Part shown: positions 33,622 to 34,761 of the stretch, one piece after another | How positions within the stretch are numbered: position 1 is the first letter of the stretch | Layout of the letters: each line of letters opens with the position of its first letter | Origin: Alloascoidea hylecoeti | Taxonomy: Eukaryota | Direction: 5' to 3' | Assembly: GCA_001600815.1 (NCBI GenBank) | Contig: BCKZ01000015.1 | Span: 620,001-654,761 of the forward strand | Length of the DNA: 34,761 nucleotides | Program-made: the position numbers and the translations under genes | Notes under the pieces: model-generated | The model's database searches: none | Told to the model about the DNA's origin: nothing | Seen by the model: the letters and a program-made list of their open reading frames with translations, nothing else

Positions 33622-34761
33622 ATGGCCGGAATTAGAGGAAGACGAACGAGACGAAGAGTGGCTCTTTCTGAGATTGACTCAGACGAGGAACAACACGAAT
33701 CCAATACTTCAAATGTAACACATCAATCGATAGAGGTGGCTCATCTAGAACCTATTAAGTCCGTTAGTAAACCTGAACCAGACCTCAATTCTATAAATCA
33801 TGAAAAGGAAAATAACATAACTACTAATGATGTTACAGATGACACAAATTCTGTGAATAAAACACCGGATACCCAAATGGAAGTTGATCCACCACTAGTT
33901 CAAGAACCAATGATTTCTCAACCAATCGAAACAAATCCGTCGCGTCTTGTAATTAAAAAGTTGGTTCTTACGAATTTCAAATCATATGCTGGTGTTCAGG
34001 AAATTGGACCTTTTGACAACTCTTTTTCTGCTATCGTTGGACCTAACGGTTCTGGTAAATCAAATGTAATTGATTCACTATTATTTGTTTTTGGATTCAG
34101 GGCAAGTAAAATGAGACACGGAAAATTATCTGCACTTATTCATCAATCAGAAGCTCACCCGGATCTAGACTTTTGTTCAGTTGATATATACTTTCATGAT
34201 GTTCTAGATAATGTTGATTCCATCACACAAGTTCCAAATAGCGACTTAATTGTTTCTAGACGAGCATTTAAGAATAATTCCTCAAAATATTTCATTAATG
34301 GTAAAACATCAACTTATTCTGAAGTTAATGAACTACTAAAGTCAAAAGGAATCCCACTAGATTCGAATCGTTTTCTTATATTACAAGGTGAAATTGAATC
34401 CATTGCACAAATGAAAGCAAAAGCCGAAAAGGAAAATGAAGATGGTCTACTTGAATATTTAGAGGATATTATTGGTACATCTAAATACAAAAAACCTATT
34501 GAAGAATCATTGCAAAAAGTTGATATATTAAATAATCTCTGTCGTGAAAAGGAACAAAGATTCTCAATTGTTGAGAAAGAAAAAGATGCTTTAGAAGATA
34601 AAAAAGATGTTGCTCTTGAGTTTTTAACTACTGAAAACGAATTAACAAGAAAGAAAGCTGCACTTTATCAATTATTAGGTTATGAAAAACAACAAAATAT
34701 TGAACTGTGTGCCAAAGTGGTTGAAGAATTGAGAGCAAAGCTGGAACAAGAACGAGAAAAT
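33622..34761 (+). CDS. SMC4: Condensin subunit Smc4 (5' part; runs off the window end)
   Basis: Open frame from ATG 33622 to the window end: RLVIKKLVLTNFKSYAGVQEIGPF..SFSAIVGPNGSGKSNVIDSLLFVFGFRASKMR, NRFLILQGEIESIAQMKAKAEKENEDGLLEYLEDIIGT. Absent from the ORF track because there is no stop in the window. Confidence 0.97.
   Translation, partial: MAGIRGRRTRRRVALSEIDSDEEQHESNTSNVTHQSIEVAHLEPIKSVSKPEPDLNSINHEKENNITTNDVTDDTNSVNKTPDTQMEVDPPLVQEPMISQPIETNPSRLVIKKLVLTNFKSYAGVQEIGPFDNSFSAIVGPNGSGKSNVIDSLLFVFGFRASKMRHGKLSALIHQSEAHPDLDFCSVDIYFHDVLDNVDSITQVPNSDLIVSRRAFKNNSSKYFINGKTSTYSEVNELLKSKGIPLDSNRFLILQGEIESIAQMKAKAEKENEDGLLEYLEDIIGTSKYKKPIEESLQKVDILNNLCREKEQRFSIVEKEKDALEDKKDVALEFLTTENELTRKKAALYQLLGYEKQQNIELCAKVVEELRAKLEQEREN

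Noticed and set aside
1..34761. CRISPR array or prokaryotic defence system
   Set aside because: The sequence is eukaryotic with spliceosomal introns, and I saw no regularly spaced repeat-spacer array.

Overview
AT-rich eukaryotic nuclear DNA from a budding yeast (Saccharomycotina). It uses the standard genetic code (CTG falls at conserved Leu positions in ATE1 and UTP12) and has several short spliceosomal introns of 60-105 nt. An early-diverging, intron-richer lineage is my inference, not an identification. Gene order: last exon of a MIN8/NDUFA4-like small gene, GET1, CKB1, ATE1 (3 exons), STF2/TMA10, ECT1 (2 exons), a YLR326W/DUF4112 gene (4 exons), decayed L1-clade LINE copies directly downstream of tRNA-Gly(GCC), PRP18, DIP2/UTP12, VAC7, a frameshifted CWP1-like cell-wall gene, TPO4, a 5 kb gene-free tract with a foldback element and a dead Tc1 (DD34E) transposon, a 3-exon CENP-T gene, and the 5' part of SMC4. 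Most of the window is conserved housekeeping genes. The best leads are the head-to-tail LINE array starting about 19 bp behind a tRNA gene, a cloverleaf-like B-box element between CENP-T and SMC4, the Tc1 relic, and unexplained hairpins. I cannot demonstrate a new biological system from sequence alone. All family calls come from recalled motifs, not database searches.
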